A stretch of DNA of 20,000 nt from an uncultured virus (IMG/VR IMGVR_UViG_3300047319_001136). Lineage: Duplodnaviria > Heunggongvirae > Uroviricota > Caudoviricetes > Schitoviridae. A model generated the notes under the pieces. It was not told where the DNA came from, searched no databases, and worked only from the letters and a program-made list of their open reading frames with translations. Shown here in pieces: positions 7,636 to 16,127 of this stretch. Position 1 is the stretch's first letter. Each line of letters starts with the position of its first letter. The stretch lies in the IMG/VR virus record IMGVR_UViG_3300047319_001136, one strand, 5' to 3'. The translations under genes and the position numbers were made by a program.

Positions 7636-9807
7636 CTAGCTACGCTGGTATCGCTTAGCCACTGAGACCATGATGGTGGAACGTATCTCTTCCTCGGACA
7701 GCGGGTTGTTCAGCTTGCCGTTGAATGCGAGGAGTGCCTGGTTGACAGCCATGAGATCCATGCCCGAGTCGTATAGCGCCATTGCATACTTCAGCAGGTG
7801 GTTGTTCCGGTTGCCCGAAGCGATACGTTGCGCAAACCAGCGCTCCAGGTTATCCATCGAGGCAATCTGCTTCATCTCGGCCAGATGGTCTTCATTCTTC
7901 TTGGTCTTCGGAATGAAGCGCAGGGCGTCCAGGATCTCGCCTTCCAGGTTGTAGTGGAACTGGCTGCCGGCGAACGTCTCCCACTTCTTGGCCCGCTGGT
8001 TGACCGACTCGTCCACCTTGAAGGGCAGCCAGGCCACGATGCTGTTGACGAATTCCTTGTAATCCTCGGAATCCAGTTCCAGCACGTAGTTGATCGGCAG
8101 CAGCATGCGGAAGCGGTCACCATGGCCTTCGGTACGGTGGCGCTTGGTGGTGTAGGTCATGAACCGGTAGTCCTTCATCAGTTCATGGGCCGCCTCGAGC
8201 GACACACCTTCGTCCACGTCGAGCACCACCACGTTGAAGCCGGCAACCACGTTCTCCTCCGCCCGGTGACCACCCTTGAGCAGGTGATTGACCCAGTGCA
8301 TCGGACTGCCATCCTCCTGGCTCGCCTGGGCCAGCACATGCAGCTGGTCGAACGGCACCTTCTCGCTCTCGTAGTTATAGGCCCAGTGGCTGCCATACGA
8401 GAGGATCAGTTCATCGAGATTCGTCTCCTGTAAAGTCTCACCCCGGTAGAACTCGATGCCATCGATGTAGAACTTCCGGATGCTGATGTGCTTCTTGTAA
8501 CCCCAGGCGGTCGCCAGACCGATCATCTCCTGCCGTGCCGCATTGCCTGACTTGTAGAACGGCAATGCCTCGAGCAGATCGGCATGGGTGACTTCCTTGC
8601 CGCAGGTGGCGATGTACTTGGCCAGCTTTTCGTAAGACTTTTCCCGGTTCAGGATCGTCTGGAACGCCGCACCCGACTCCTCGACGAGGAGAATGGCCTG
8701 CTTCAGGTGGTCCATCTCGATCTCGTTCGACTCGTCGACGAACGCATAGGCACCGGCGAGCTTCAGTGCCTTGAAGTAGCGGTGACCGAGCTCGGCCTTC
8801 TTGACTTCTTCATGCTCGGCCATCGCATCGGCCGACTGTTCGCAGGCGATCTTGTACTGCAGCAACGCAATGGCGACGTCGTCCTCGACCGTCATCTTCC
8901 AGCCGTACATGGCGGGGTCCGCCAGCTTGTGGAAGTGCGCCGCCCACTTCTGCACGACCGTGTTGTTGGCCGGTTCGGTCAGCCGCTTGAAGATCTCCTC
9001 GGCCGACATCGAGTGCGAAGCCTTGCGGTCCTGCTGGCCGAAGCCAAACAGGCACCGACGGGCATAGCCGGTCTCCAGGAACGAGTAGAATTCGTTCTCG
9101 GTCTGGCCACCGTCGAGCAGCTTGGAAGGCGTGCCAAAGAGCAGCATGTTCGACGGTGTCTTGCCGTCGACCTCTTCACCCCGGGTGTTCTCCGCGGTGT
9201 TCTTCGTGAGCTTCTGCTTGACGATGCCCTGGTCGTAGAGCTCCAGGAACAGGTTCAGCACCTCGATGTTGTTGATCAGGTTTGAGCCGATCTCATCGAT
9301 CTGCAGGTTGATCGAGCCGCAGTTGGCGAGCAGCAGTTTCTGGCGCAGCTGCTTGACAGCCGGAGCGGTACCCGAATCGAAGGTGAACGGGAATGCGCCG
9401 GCACGCTTGAACTCGCCCTGCACACCCTCGAACTCCTCGTTGGGGTCCGTGCCGTTCTTGCCGGCCCGGTGGTTCGCCATCTCCCACAGATGCTTCTCTG
9501 CGATGACGGGCAGGGTGTCCTCCATGAAGCGCTTCTTGAAGCCCTTCATGAACTCGTTCTCCACCACGTGCACGGAGTGACCCTTGCCGAAGCCGGAAGT
9601 GGCCAGTGCCAGTGCATAGATGTTGACCGGGATCTCGCCACGGTCCTTGGTGACGATGAGCGCCCGCATGTTGCTTGCCATCTTCCCCAGGAAGTAGGCG
9701 ACTTCGGTGCGGAAAAAGCCCTTGTCCAGATTCTGTGTTTTCGCACACAGAACGTCGACCAGCTCTTCCACAGCCGGATGGTGGGTTACCCCGGTCAGTT
9801 CGATCAT
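7636..9807 (-). CDS. N4-type DNA primase (N-terminal P-loop domain; C-terminal primase and PriCT-like region), 723 aa
   Basis: Start re-assigned to ATG 9807 (MIELTG), which forms an ATGA overlap with the upstream stop. It has the P-loop ATSGFGKG, QIDEIG, primase-like VVLDVD, YTTKRH and RFRMLLP, and a C-terminal GNRNNHLLKYA. Confidence 0.88.
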   Translation of the reverse strand: MIELTGVTHHPAVEELVDVLCAKTQNLDKGFFRTEVAYFLGKMASNMRALIVTKDRGEIPVNIYALALATSGFGKGHSVHVVENEFMKGFKKRFMEDTLPVIAEKHLWEMANHRAGKNGTDPNEEFEGVQGEFKRAGAFPFTFDSGTAPAVKQLRQKLLLANCGSINLQIDEIGSNLINNIEVLNLFLELYDQGIVKQKLTKNTAENTRGEEVDGKTPSNMLLFGTPSKLLDGGQTENEFYSFLETGYARRCLFGFGQQDRKASHSMSAEEIFKRLTEPANNTVVQKWAAHFHKLADPAMYGWKMTVEDDVAIALLQYKIACEQSADAMAEHEEVKKAELGHRYFKALKLAGAYAFVDESNEIEMDHLKQAILLVEESGAAFQTILNREKSYEKLAKYIATCGKEVTHADLLEALPFYKSGNAARQEMIGLATAWGYKKHISIRKFYIDGIEFYRGETLQETNLDELILSYGSHWAYNYESEKVPFDQLHVLAQASQEDGSPMHWVNHLLKGGHRAEENVVAGFNVVVLDVDEGVSLEAAHELMKDYRFMTYTTKRHRTEGHGDRFRMLLPINYVLELDSEDYKEFVNSIVAWLPFKVDESVNQRAKKWETFAGSQFHYNLEGEILDALRFIPKTKKNEDHLAEMKQIASMDNLERWFAQRIASGNRNNHLLKYAMALYDSGMDLMAVNQALLAFNGKLNNPLSEEEIRSTIMVSVAKRYQRS

Positions 9808-10784
9808 GATGTGGTGATGTACCTGTCTTTCTGGGTACAGGCCTCGTAAGCGTCGCAGTAACCACAACGCTTCACCTCACCGGGAATGGTGATGACGATG
9901 CCCTTGCCAGCCTTCTCGACGCGCCAGAACTGGTTGGCTTCCATGAGCGTGTCGAAGTTTTTGGTTGATTTGCCTGCCGTCTTCGTGGCATCCGCGTAAT
10001 ACTTGAACTTCGGGTCCGAGCGCCAGAGTTCTTCATCAGTGCACTCTGGGACTTCGCTCTCTGGCAGCTCCATGTACTTCTGCACCATGCCGAGCTTCCA
10101 GCGGATCCAGGCTTCGGTTTCCGCTATGGAGAGCAGTGGGATGTCCTTGTGCATCACCCGGCGCTGCGGGTACTTCGGATTGGTGCGAGCCTGCATGGCC
10201 TGCCAGTCCGTGAAGATGAAGTTGATGCGGATGAAGTCCTCGGTGATCTTGTCCGGATTGAGCCACCGGTAGATCGAACCCTGCAGGCGGTAGTCATCGT
10301 CCTTGCCGCCATAGAGCCAGGTGTAGGCGGTGGTGGACTTGTTATCCATCACAATGCCTTCCATCACCATGTCGTACTTGCCGCCGACGGTGTACATCTG
10401 GCCGTTGACGACGATGGTGCGCCTGGCCCGCTGCTCCAGGTAGATCGGGATGACGCCATCCTCGACTGTCTCCGGATTGATGCGGACATGACTTATCACA
10501 TCATCCGGATAGCCGAGCAGTTTCAGGCTGCTGGCACTGCCCTTGACCCAGGCCTTCTCGATCGAGTCGTGGAGGGACTTGCCCAGTGCCGAGGCGATGT
10601 ATTGTTCGACGTCGGGTGCAGGGCGCTTTGCCGGGGGAATACGGTGTGGTAGGACCAGGTGACGAAGCGGCTTCATCAGGCGGGTGGCGCTGATGTAGTT
10701 CTCTTCGTTCACATAGTCGTACTCGTCGTGCAGCAGCCAGACGGCCAGTGCAAGCGAGATATCGCTGTTGTTGGTGACTTTCAT
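9804..10784 (-). CDS. PD-(D/E)XK exonuclease-like protein with C-terminal Cys cluster (Cas4-like), 326 aa
   Basis: Catalytic motif LEQR...GGKYD...MDNKST, Q.SIY motif, and PEC plus CGYCDAYEAC. The start is probably ATG 10784 (MKVTNN); TTG 10847 is an alternative. Confidence 0.82.
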   Translation of the reverse strand: MKVTNNSDISLALAVWLLHDEYDYVNEENYISATRLMKPLRHLVLPHRIPPAKRPAPDVEQYIASALGKSLHDSIEKAWVKGSASSLKLLGYPDDVISHVRINPETVEDGVIPIYLEQRARRTIVVNGQMYTVGGKYDMVMEGIVMDNKSTTAYTWLYGGKDDDYRLQGSIYRWLNPDKITEDFIRINFIFTDWQAMQARTNPKYPQRRVMHKDIPLLSIAETEAWIRWKLGMVQKYMELPESEVPECTDEELWRSDPKFKYYADATKTAGKSTKNFDTLMEANQFWRVEKAGKGIVITIPGEVKRCGYCDAYEACTQKDRYITTS

Positions 10785-10804
10785 GTGAGGAGTGCCAGGG
10801 ATAG

Positions 10805-10847
10805 TTGAGGGTGGCTGGAACCAGGAAAAGGCATCAGCAGCCCTCAA
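10805..10847 (-). promoter_or_regulatory. Long imperfect intergenic hairpin between DUF3310 and the nuclease gene
   Basis: Minus strand TTGAGGG-ct-GCTG...CAGC-ca-CCCTCAA: 7 bp plus 4 bp around a 2x2 internal loop. Confidence 0.6.
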
Positions 10848-10850
10848 TGG

Positions 10851-11072
10851 TCAGGAAGCAGCATGAGCAAGACGGGCCTGCTCGACAGCAATCAGCTTGT
10901 CGATGTAGGTCTTCGCCTTCTCCAGATCCTTCAGGCCGTCCTTGTCCTGCCAGCGGGACACATACTTGATGATGTTGCCTTCCAGGAAACCGATGCCGTT
11001 GGCAACGATGTAATCCCATGCCTGGATCGGTTTCTGGTAATGGTCACCGCCTACCTGGTCGATGTGGCTCAT
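10851..11072 (-). CDS. DUF3310 family protein (T7 gp1.7 nucleotide-kinase-like), 73 aa
   Basis: Signature V..DHY, GFLEGNIIKYVSRW..KDGLKDLEKAKTYI. The start is re-assigned to ATG 11072, preceded by GAGG. Confidence 0.88.
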   Translation of the reverse strand: MSHIDQVGGDHYQKPIQAWDYIVANGIGFLEGNIIKYVSRWQDKDGLKDLEKAKTYIDKLIAVEQARLAHAAS

Positions 11073-11079
11073 GATGGCC

Positions 11080-11484
11080 TCAGTGCGTCGTGCCGGCCGC
11101 AATCGCCACCGGATCGAGCAGGTCATTGGCGGCCGAACCCACCACCGACAGCTTCGCACCGCCTGCCTTTTCCTTCTTTGCCGTGCCTTCCGGAGCGGCC
11201 AGGAAATCCCCGTCGGTCATGTAGCCGAGATTCATGATGCTCATGATCACCACGTCGAGCACGTTGACGTTCTTCGCCTCGTCACCGAGACGCTTGAAGA
11301 GCTGCATCTGGGCGATCTGCTGGGCCTTGCCCACCAGACGGGACGGAAACACGTCCTTGTCATTCGTGACCACGCCATTGATGAACGCGGTGTTCAGCGC
11401 CGGCTCGCTGCCTTCAGCCTGCACGGCGAAGACCACCTGGGCGGCGATCATGAAGTGGAATTTCTTGCTGGAACTGTTTTTCAT
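11080..11484 (-). CDS. Hypothetical phage protein (134 aa)
   Basis: Fills the gap downstream of the polymerase with operon-like codon usage. It has a DVVIMSIMNLGYMTDGDF..APEG motif and AGGGG upstream of the ATG. Confidence 0.8.
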   Translation of the reverse strand: MKNSSSKKFHFMIAAQVVFAVQAEGSEPALNTAFINGVVTNDKDVFPSRLVGKAQQIAQMQLFKRLGDEAKNVNVLDVVIMSIMNLGYMTDGDFLAAPEGTAKKEKAGGAKLSVVGSAANDLLDPVAIAAGTTH

Positions 11485-11505
11485 GGGGTACCCCTGAATG
11501 AAGGA

Positions 11506-11531
11506 AGGGAAGCCAGTTTACCGGCTTCCCT
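11506..11531 (-). terminator. Stem-loop downstream of DNA polymerase (possible terminator/attenuator or 5' stabiliser)
   Basis: Perfect 9-bp inverted repeat AGGGAAGCC / GGCTTCCCT with an 8-nt loop. Only a weak pyrimidine tail (TCCTTCATTC) follows on the minus strand. Confidence 0.5.
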
Positions 11532-11588
11532 CTAACTTATATCTAATAAAAGAATCTTAACTGACCTGGCTACATAACCACAAGTAGT

Positions 11589-14255
11589 TTACGCAGGGGT
11601 CAGCGCTTTGCCGATTGTCTCGACCAGTTCGGCCTCTGACACACCATTGGGGATGGTGATTTCCGTGGACCAGTCAGGATGGAAGATCGATAACTCGCCC
11701 CCCAACTTGACTTCAGGATGCGCGATGTCCGGATGGTCCTGCCACTGGACCGCCTTCACCAGGTGTTCGTTGGTGTAGAGCAACGCATCGATGTCATCCC
11801 GGATCAGGAAGTAGCCGGCATCGTGGATCTGTGCACAGGGACGGATGGACAGGCGATGCCTGCTTTTCCTGACCTTGCCCATGAACTCGGAGCCAGCCCG
11901 GGAGTTCAGCAGACACCAGCTCTGCCCGAGGGCATTGCCGGCTGTGCGTCCTTCGGCCTCGGCTTCATGCGGCGTCTTGCTGGTGCCGCGGATGACCTGA
12001 GCCAGAAGGGGAGTACGCACCCGCAGACCGAAGGCTGCCGTCACATACCCATCCCTCGATGCCTCGTCGAGCTTGCCCTGCACCCAGTTGATCGACACCT
12101 GGTAGAGCGCCTTGTACTTGGCCTCCACCATCCTGGCCTTCTCTTCCGAAAAACCGCAGTTGGTCATCAGGGTCTTGAACGTGCCCTGATAGGTCAGGGC
12201 AAACGTCGGCGCCTTTGAATCCTGCCGCAGCATCTTGTAGGCTGTCTCGATGGAGTTGATACTAGGCACCGAGTCGGGATCGATGTCCGGCATCTGGTCA
12301 CCGAAGTAGGCATGTGCTCGCAGGCAGTGACCGTCATAGCCGTCGGTGTAGACCTTCAGCTTGTTCGGATCCTTGGTGGTGAGTGCCGAGATGCGGTCCT
12401 CGAGCGAGGCGAAATCCAGCCCGGAGAACAACCATCCAGGTGGGGCCATGAAGCAGTACTTGATCAGCTTGCCGAGTGACAGCTTCCCCTTCCTGGTGAA
12501 CTGCTCCAGAAATGGGAACAGTGCAAGCAGGGCAGCAGAGATGGCCATGGCGACGTTGGCCGGCAGGTTTTGCAGGTTTGGATTGTTCGCCGCCAGTCGG
12601 CCTGATACCGTGCCTCCCAACAGGAAGTTGCCAAACAGGTACCACCAGCCATCCGGTCCCTGTTGTGCATTCTTCATCGCCGGAATGAAGCTGGTCAGGA
12701 TCTTGTCGACAGCTGCATGGTCAAGCAACGCACCCAGCAAATCCAGTGTGTCCAGGTCCGATGTGTGGTTCCTGAGCTTTTCCAGTGTGTCTCCGTCAAC
12801 GGAGGGTTGCCTGGTATCCGTCAGGGAAATGACGGGCAGGCCCAGCATCGTGTACAGCAGATCCTGCATCTGCACAGCGCTGCGTGGATTGAAGACAACA
12901 TCATCCGGCACCTCGGCCAGGGTGATGCGCTTTTTCTTCCACTCGGCATGCTTCTTCTCGATGTACTTTTCCTTCAGACGGTACTGGTACTGCTGGACAC
13001 ACTGTGTCCCGTTGATGCGGTCCTTGGCATCGTCATATACAGCCTGCAGAGCTGCCTCGACCTCCAGCACACGGGGCATGTTAACGGGCATGCCCGTTAG
13101 TTGCATCTGCACGATGTCCAGCGTGGCCGGCTGGAACAGGTTCAGATAGATGTCGAGCTGCTGGTCGGCCACCATCGTCGGATAGTGCTTGTCATGCACA
13201 TGCCAGGTAGCCAGTGCGTCGACCAGGTTGTATTCAAGCAGGACGGGTAACGGGATCCGGGTGATGTCGTGGATCTCCGTCTGCGCGTAGTTGCCGGCGA
13301 ACTCCTGTGACTGGTCCTTCAGACTGAGCTTATTGCCCGCGCACGAGTTGGTCGCCAGATAGGTGATCAGCTTCGTGCAGTCCCATTCGCCTTCGCCCAG
13401 CATCACTTCGAGCCCGTACAGCAGGCCTTCCGTGTCACAGATATCCTTCATGAACAGCTGGTAGATCAGCACATACGCGTCATACGCGATGTTGTGAAAG
13501 ACCTTGCGCTTTCTGAGCTGCAGGAAGAACGCCCGCAGCAGCTCACGCCGGCGCTCATTGCGCACCTGCACACCGAACGGCGCTTCGGTGGCACCCTCGA
13601 TCGGCACGTAGTCGACCGGGAAGGCAATTCCTTCTCCCTGGTTCCAGGCGAAGCTGATCGTACCAATCCCGGCATCGTAGTGCTTGAGGCTGAACGCCTC
13701 GATGTCGATGGTGAGCGGACAGTCCATCTCGAGCAGCCTGACGAGCCACGCCTCGATCTCTGCATCGGTCTTCGGGTACTCCGCGAACCGGATGATGCCG
13801 TGGCCCGGATCCCTGTAGGCACCGGTGGCGTGTGCGACGATCGCTTCCATGGCCCGTGCGATCTTGGTCCTGATACCAGCCGGATCGTAGAAGATCTGCC
13901 GGTAGCCGGGGGCGAAGATGACCTTCTGGCGGCCGAACTTCGAGTCGAGCACGTAGCCGAGGTTGGCATCCACCCTGGCCACGCCAGTGAGCACCTTGAA
14001 GTAGCTGCTGTCGGTGCATAGCACGTACTGCACCCTGTAGTCATCCAGCGCCGGCTGTACGCATTCCGTGATGTACTGCTTCATCTCGGCAGCGGACGTC
14101 TTCTTGCCGGTCAGGTGCAGGTCGAGCACCATGCAGTCTTCGGCGTCCACGCCGGAGTCCGTGAAATACGCCTGGCGGATATCGTCCTTGCGGATCTGAC
14201 CCACGAGCAGACACAGCGGATACTCGGGCTGCTCGGCGTAAAAGTGATGGCGCAT
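11589..14255 (-). CDS. Family A DNA polymerase with 3'-5' exonuclease, 888 aa
   Basis: Start re-assigned to ATG 14255 (MRHHFY), with SD GAGGA; this removes the overlap with the upstream gene. ExoI TIDIE, ExoII FHNIAYD, ExoIII YNLVD; SGRL...PNLQNLP; motif A DFASLE; motif B RQDSKAPTFALTYQG; motif C QIHD. Confidence 0.96.
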   Translation of the reverse strand: MRHHFYAEQPEYPLCLLVGQIRKDDIRQAYFTDSGVDAEDCMVLDLHLTGKKTSAAEMKQYITECVQPALDDYRVQYVLCTDSSYFKVLTGVARVDANLGYVLDSKFGRQKVIFAPGYRQIFYDPAGIRTKIARAMEAIVAHATGAYRDPGHGIIRFAEYPKTDAEIEAWLVRLLEMDCPLTIDIEAFSLKHYDAGIGTISFAWNQGEGIAFPVDYVPIEGATEAPFGVQVRNERRRELLRAFFLQLRKRKVFHNIAYDAYVLIYQLFMKDICDTEGLLYGLEVMLGEGEWDCTKLITYLATNSCAGNKLSLKDQSQEFAGNYAQTEIHDITRIPLPVLLEYNLVDALATWHVHDKHYPTMVADQQLDIYLNLFQPATLDIVQMQLTGMPVNMPRVLEVEAALQAVYDDAKDRINGTQCVQQYQYRLKEKYIEKKHAEWKKKRITLAEVPDDVVFNPRSAVQMQDLLYTMLGLPVISLTDTRQPSVDGDTLEKLRNHTSDLDTLDLLGALLDHAAVDKILTSFIPAMKNAQQGPDGWWYLFGNFLLGGTVSGRLAANNPNLQNLPANVAMAISAALLALFPFLEQFTRKGKLSLGKLIKYCFMAPPGWLFSGLDFASLEDRISALTTKDPNKLKVYTDGYDGHCLRAHAYFGDQMPDIDPDSVPSINSIETAYKMLRQDSKAPTFALTYQGTFKTLMTNCGFSEEKARMVEAKYKALYQVSINWVQGKLDEASRDGYVTAAFGLRVRTPLLAQVIRGTSKTPHEAEAEGRTAGNALGQSWCLLNSRAGSEFMGKVRKSRHRLSIRPCAQIHDAGYFLIRDDIDALLYTNEHLVKAVQWQDHPDIAHPEVKLGGELSIFHPDWSTEITIPNGVSEAELVETIGKALTPA

Positions 14256-14263
14256 CGTGTTCC

Positions 14264-14776
14264 TCAGTAAATCAGTCTGCTCATTGCGTACATCTCGATC
14301 TTCGGCAGCAGTTTGTTGTACTGCTTCAGATCCCGCTCCCCCTGGAGGAAGAACAGGGTGTTGAACCGGCGTGGCAGGTTCTGTAACCGTGGAACCAGGG
14401 GGACCAGACACTCCGGCAGAGCATCCCGCATTTCCTGCATTGTGTTTTCTCCGCCCTGTATGACACGGCTTTGCAACTTGAACAGCATCTGGCCGATCTG
14501 GTCCCGGTCGAGGTTGACGGCCTTTTGATCTTTTAGCCATGTCTCCATCTCCTCGTTCAGGGACCAGGCGAGCATCGGATAGCTCTTGTAGAGCACGTTG
14601 GCCCGGCTGTGCCGGTAGACCTCACCACTGAACATGAAGCCCTGATAGTTATGCTCGGCGTCACTGTCATTGCGTTCGACCAGCCGGTCAATGGCCGTCT
14701 TCAGCCGTCTTTCCTCTGGCTCAAAGAGCTTTGACTTGATCGCTTCGATGAAGCGGAATATCTGGTCATCTGACAT
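14264..14776 (-). CDS. Hypothetical phage protein between helicase and polymerase (170 aa)
   Basis: SD GAGGA upstream of the ATG, and the ORF tiles exactly between its neighbours. It has an MRDALPECLV motif. Confidence 0.85.
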   Translation of the reverse strand: MSDDQIFRFIEAIKSKLFEPEERRLKTAIDRLVERNDSDAEHNYQGFMFSGEVYRHSRANVLYKSYPMLAWSLNEEMETWLKDQKAVNLDRDQIGQMLFKLQSRVIQGGENTMQEMRDALPECLVPLVPRLQNLPRRFNTLFFLQGERDLKQYNKLLPKIEMYAMSRLIY

Positions 14777-14795
14777 GATTTCCTCACTGGCTCAG

Positions 14796-16100
14796 TTACT
14801 GCGTCAGGCCGCCGTATTTGTCAGCCAGATCGCCGTAGAGCACCACACGTTGCCTGGCACGACTAAATGCCACATACAGCAGGCGTGCTGCCATGTTCGG
14901 GTTGTGACAGGTGCTCAGATCGCCAAGATCGATGAACACCGTGTCGTAGGTGCTGCCCTGTGCCTTGTGGACGGTTGCTGCATCACGCTGGCGCAGATCC
15001 GGGAACTGCCCCTTCAGGTGAAAGTAGCGGCCCCAGTTCTTCTGCTTCTGGTAATACTTGATGAGCCCCGTGAAATGCTCACGGTCCACCGGCACCATCA
15101 CATCGCGGTAGTAGCTGCCGTAGCGGTTCTTCAGCGTGGAGCGCTGCACTTCCAGTTCGACCCCGTCTGCGACCTCTTCGAGCTCGGTGACGGGTGACTG
15201 GTCAACGATCTCCACTTCTTCCTCGACCCGCAGCATACTGCCATTCCCTAGACGAATAGCATTGTTGTTGATCAGGAATTCCCCCTGCTGGAAACCGGCC
15301 GGCAGCTGTCGCAGGCCGCGGACATGTTCGTTGTACTGGATCACCCGGCTGTTCTTGTAGGCGAGGATCCGCTTCTCATGCGTCTGCTCGGTGAAGTGCA
15401 GGGCGATCTCGTCCTCCATCTGCCCGTCGGTGAGATGGTCGATAACACCCGGCACGATCCGGATCGGATGGAACTCGCCGGTCCTGACCGTCTCCCGCAG
15501 CTGGTGGTTGACCGCCTGCAGGTGCGGGTTATTCGTGCGCATCGGCTCGGTGAGCTCGAAGAAGGGCAGCGTCTCCCGGTAGATCGGGGAGATACTTTCC
15601 ATCACCGGACCCAGTTGGCAGTGGTCACCCACATAGACGATCTTGCAGTTCTGGGTACCATCCAGGATGTGCTGGCGCAGTGGTGTGTCGATCATGCCGG
15701 CCTCGTCGACGAAGACGATCTTGTTCTGGTGGACCTTCCACTGCTTGCCCTTGGTGATGTACGTTTTGCCCGTGCTGAAGTCTTCGCGCAGCGTCAGGTT
15801 CATGAACGAGTGGATGGTCTCGGCGGGGCGGCCCGTGGCTTCGGCCAGCACTTCAGCGGCCTTGTTGGTGGTGGCCGTCATCTGCACCTCGTGATACTCC
15901 GAGGCAATACCCATCATCTTGCAGGTCTGCAGATACTCGGGCATGACCTTGTCGATGAGGTGACCCATCAGGTGGGTCTTGCCCACACCACCTGGGCCGG
16001 AGATGTTCAGCTCCTTTTCAGGGCCAAACAGGAATTCAAAGAAGCCTTCAGAGGCTTTCTGCTGCCCACTGTTCAAGGGGGCGATATCAAGTCGGTCCAC
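14796..16100 (-). CDS. Superfamily 1 (Dda/RecD-like) DNA helicase, ~434 aa
   Basis: Motifs: LNSGQQ, GPGGVGKT, TATTNKAA, VDEAGM, VGDHCQLGPV, ATVHKAQGSTY and LYVAFSRAR. The start is probably GTG 16100 (GGAGG upstream) because the longer ORF runs through a terminator-like hairpin. Confidence 0.93.
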   Translation of the reverse strand: MDRLDIAPLNSGQQKASEGFFEFLFGPEKELNISGPGGVGKTHLMGHLIDKVMPEYLQTCKMMGIASEYHEVQMTATTNKAAEVLAEATGRPAETIHSFMNLTLREDFSTGKTYITKGKQWKVHQNKIVFVDEAGMIDTPLRQHILDGTQNCKIVYVGDHCQLGPVMESISPIYRETLPFFELTEPMRTNNPHLQAVNHQLRETVRTGEFHPIRIVPGVIDHLTDGQMEDEIALHFTEQTHEKRILAYKNSRVIQYNEHVRGLRQLPAGFQQGEFLINNNAIRLGNGSMLRVEEEVEIVDQSPVTELEEVADGVELEVQRSTLKNRYGSYYRDVMVPVDREHFTGLIKYYQKQKNWGRYFHLKGQFPDLRQRDAATVHKAQGSTYDTVFIDLGDLSTCHNPNMAARLLYVAFSRARQRVVLYGDLADKYGGLTQ

Positions 16101-16127
16101 GTTGCCTCCAGGCAATCGGCAATAGAC

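Noticed and set aside
9808..9867. 20-aa N-terminal extension of the primase
   Set aside because: The ATGA overlap at 9804-9807 gives a more plausible coupled start.
9804..10784. Cas4-like nuclease as evidence of a CRISPR system
   Set aside because: There is no repeat-spacer array or other cas gene, and stand-alone Cas4-like nucleases are common in phage replication modules.
11589..14255. Intron, intein or HNH insertion in the polymerase; Z-DNA (DpoZ-type) system
   Set aside because: The ORF is continuous and of normal size without intein termini, and no purZ-like or other base-modification gene lies in the window.
14256..14540. 95-aa N-terminal extension of the polymerase in the ORF track
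   Set aside because: It overlaps the 170-aa gene in another frame, and ATG 14255 has a good SD.
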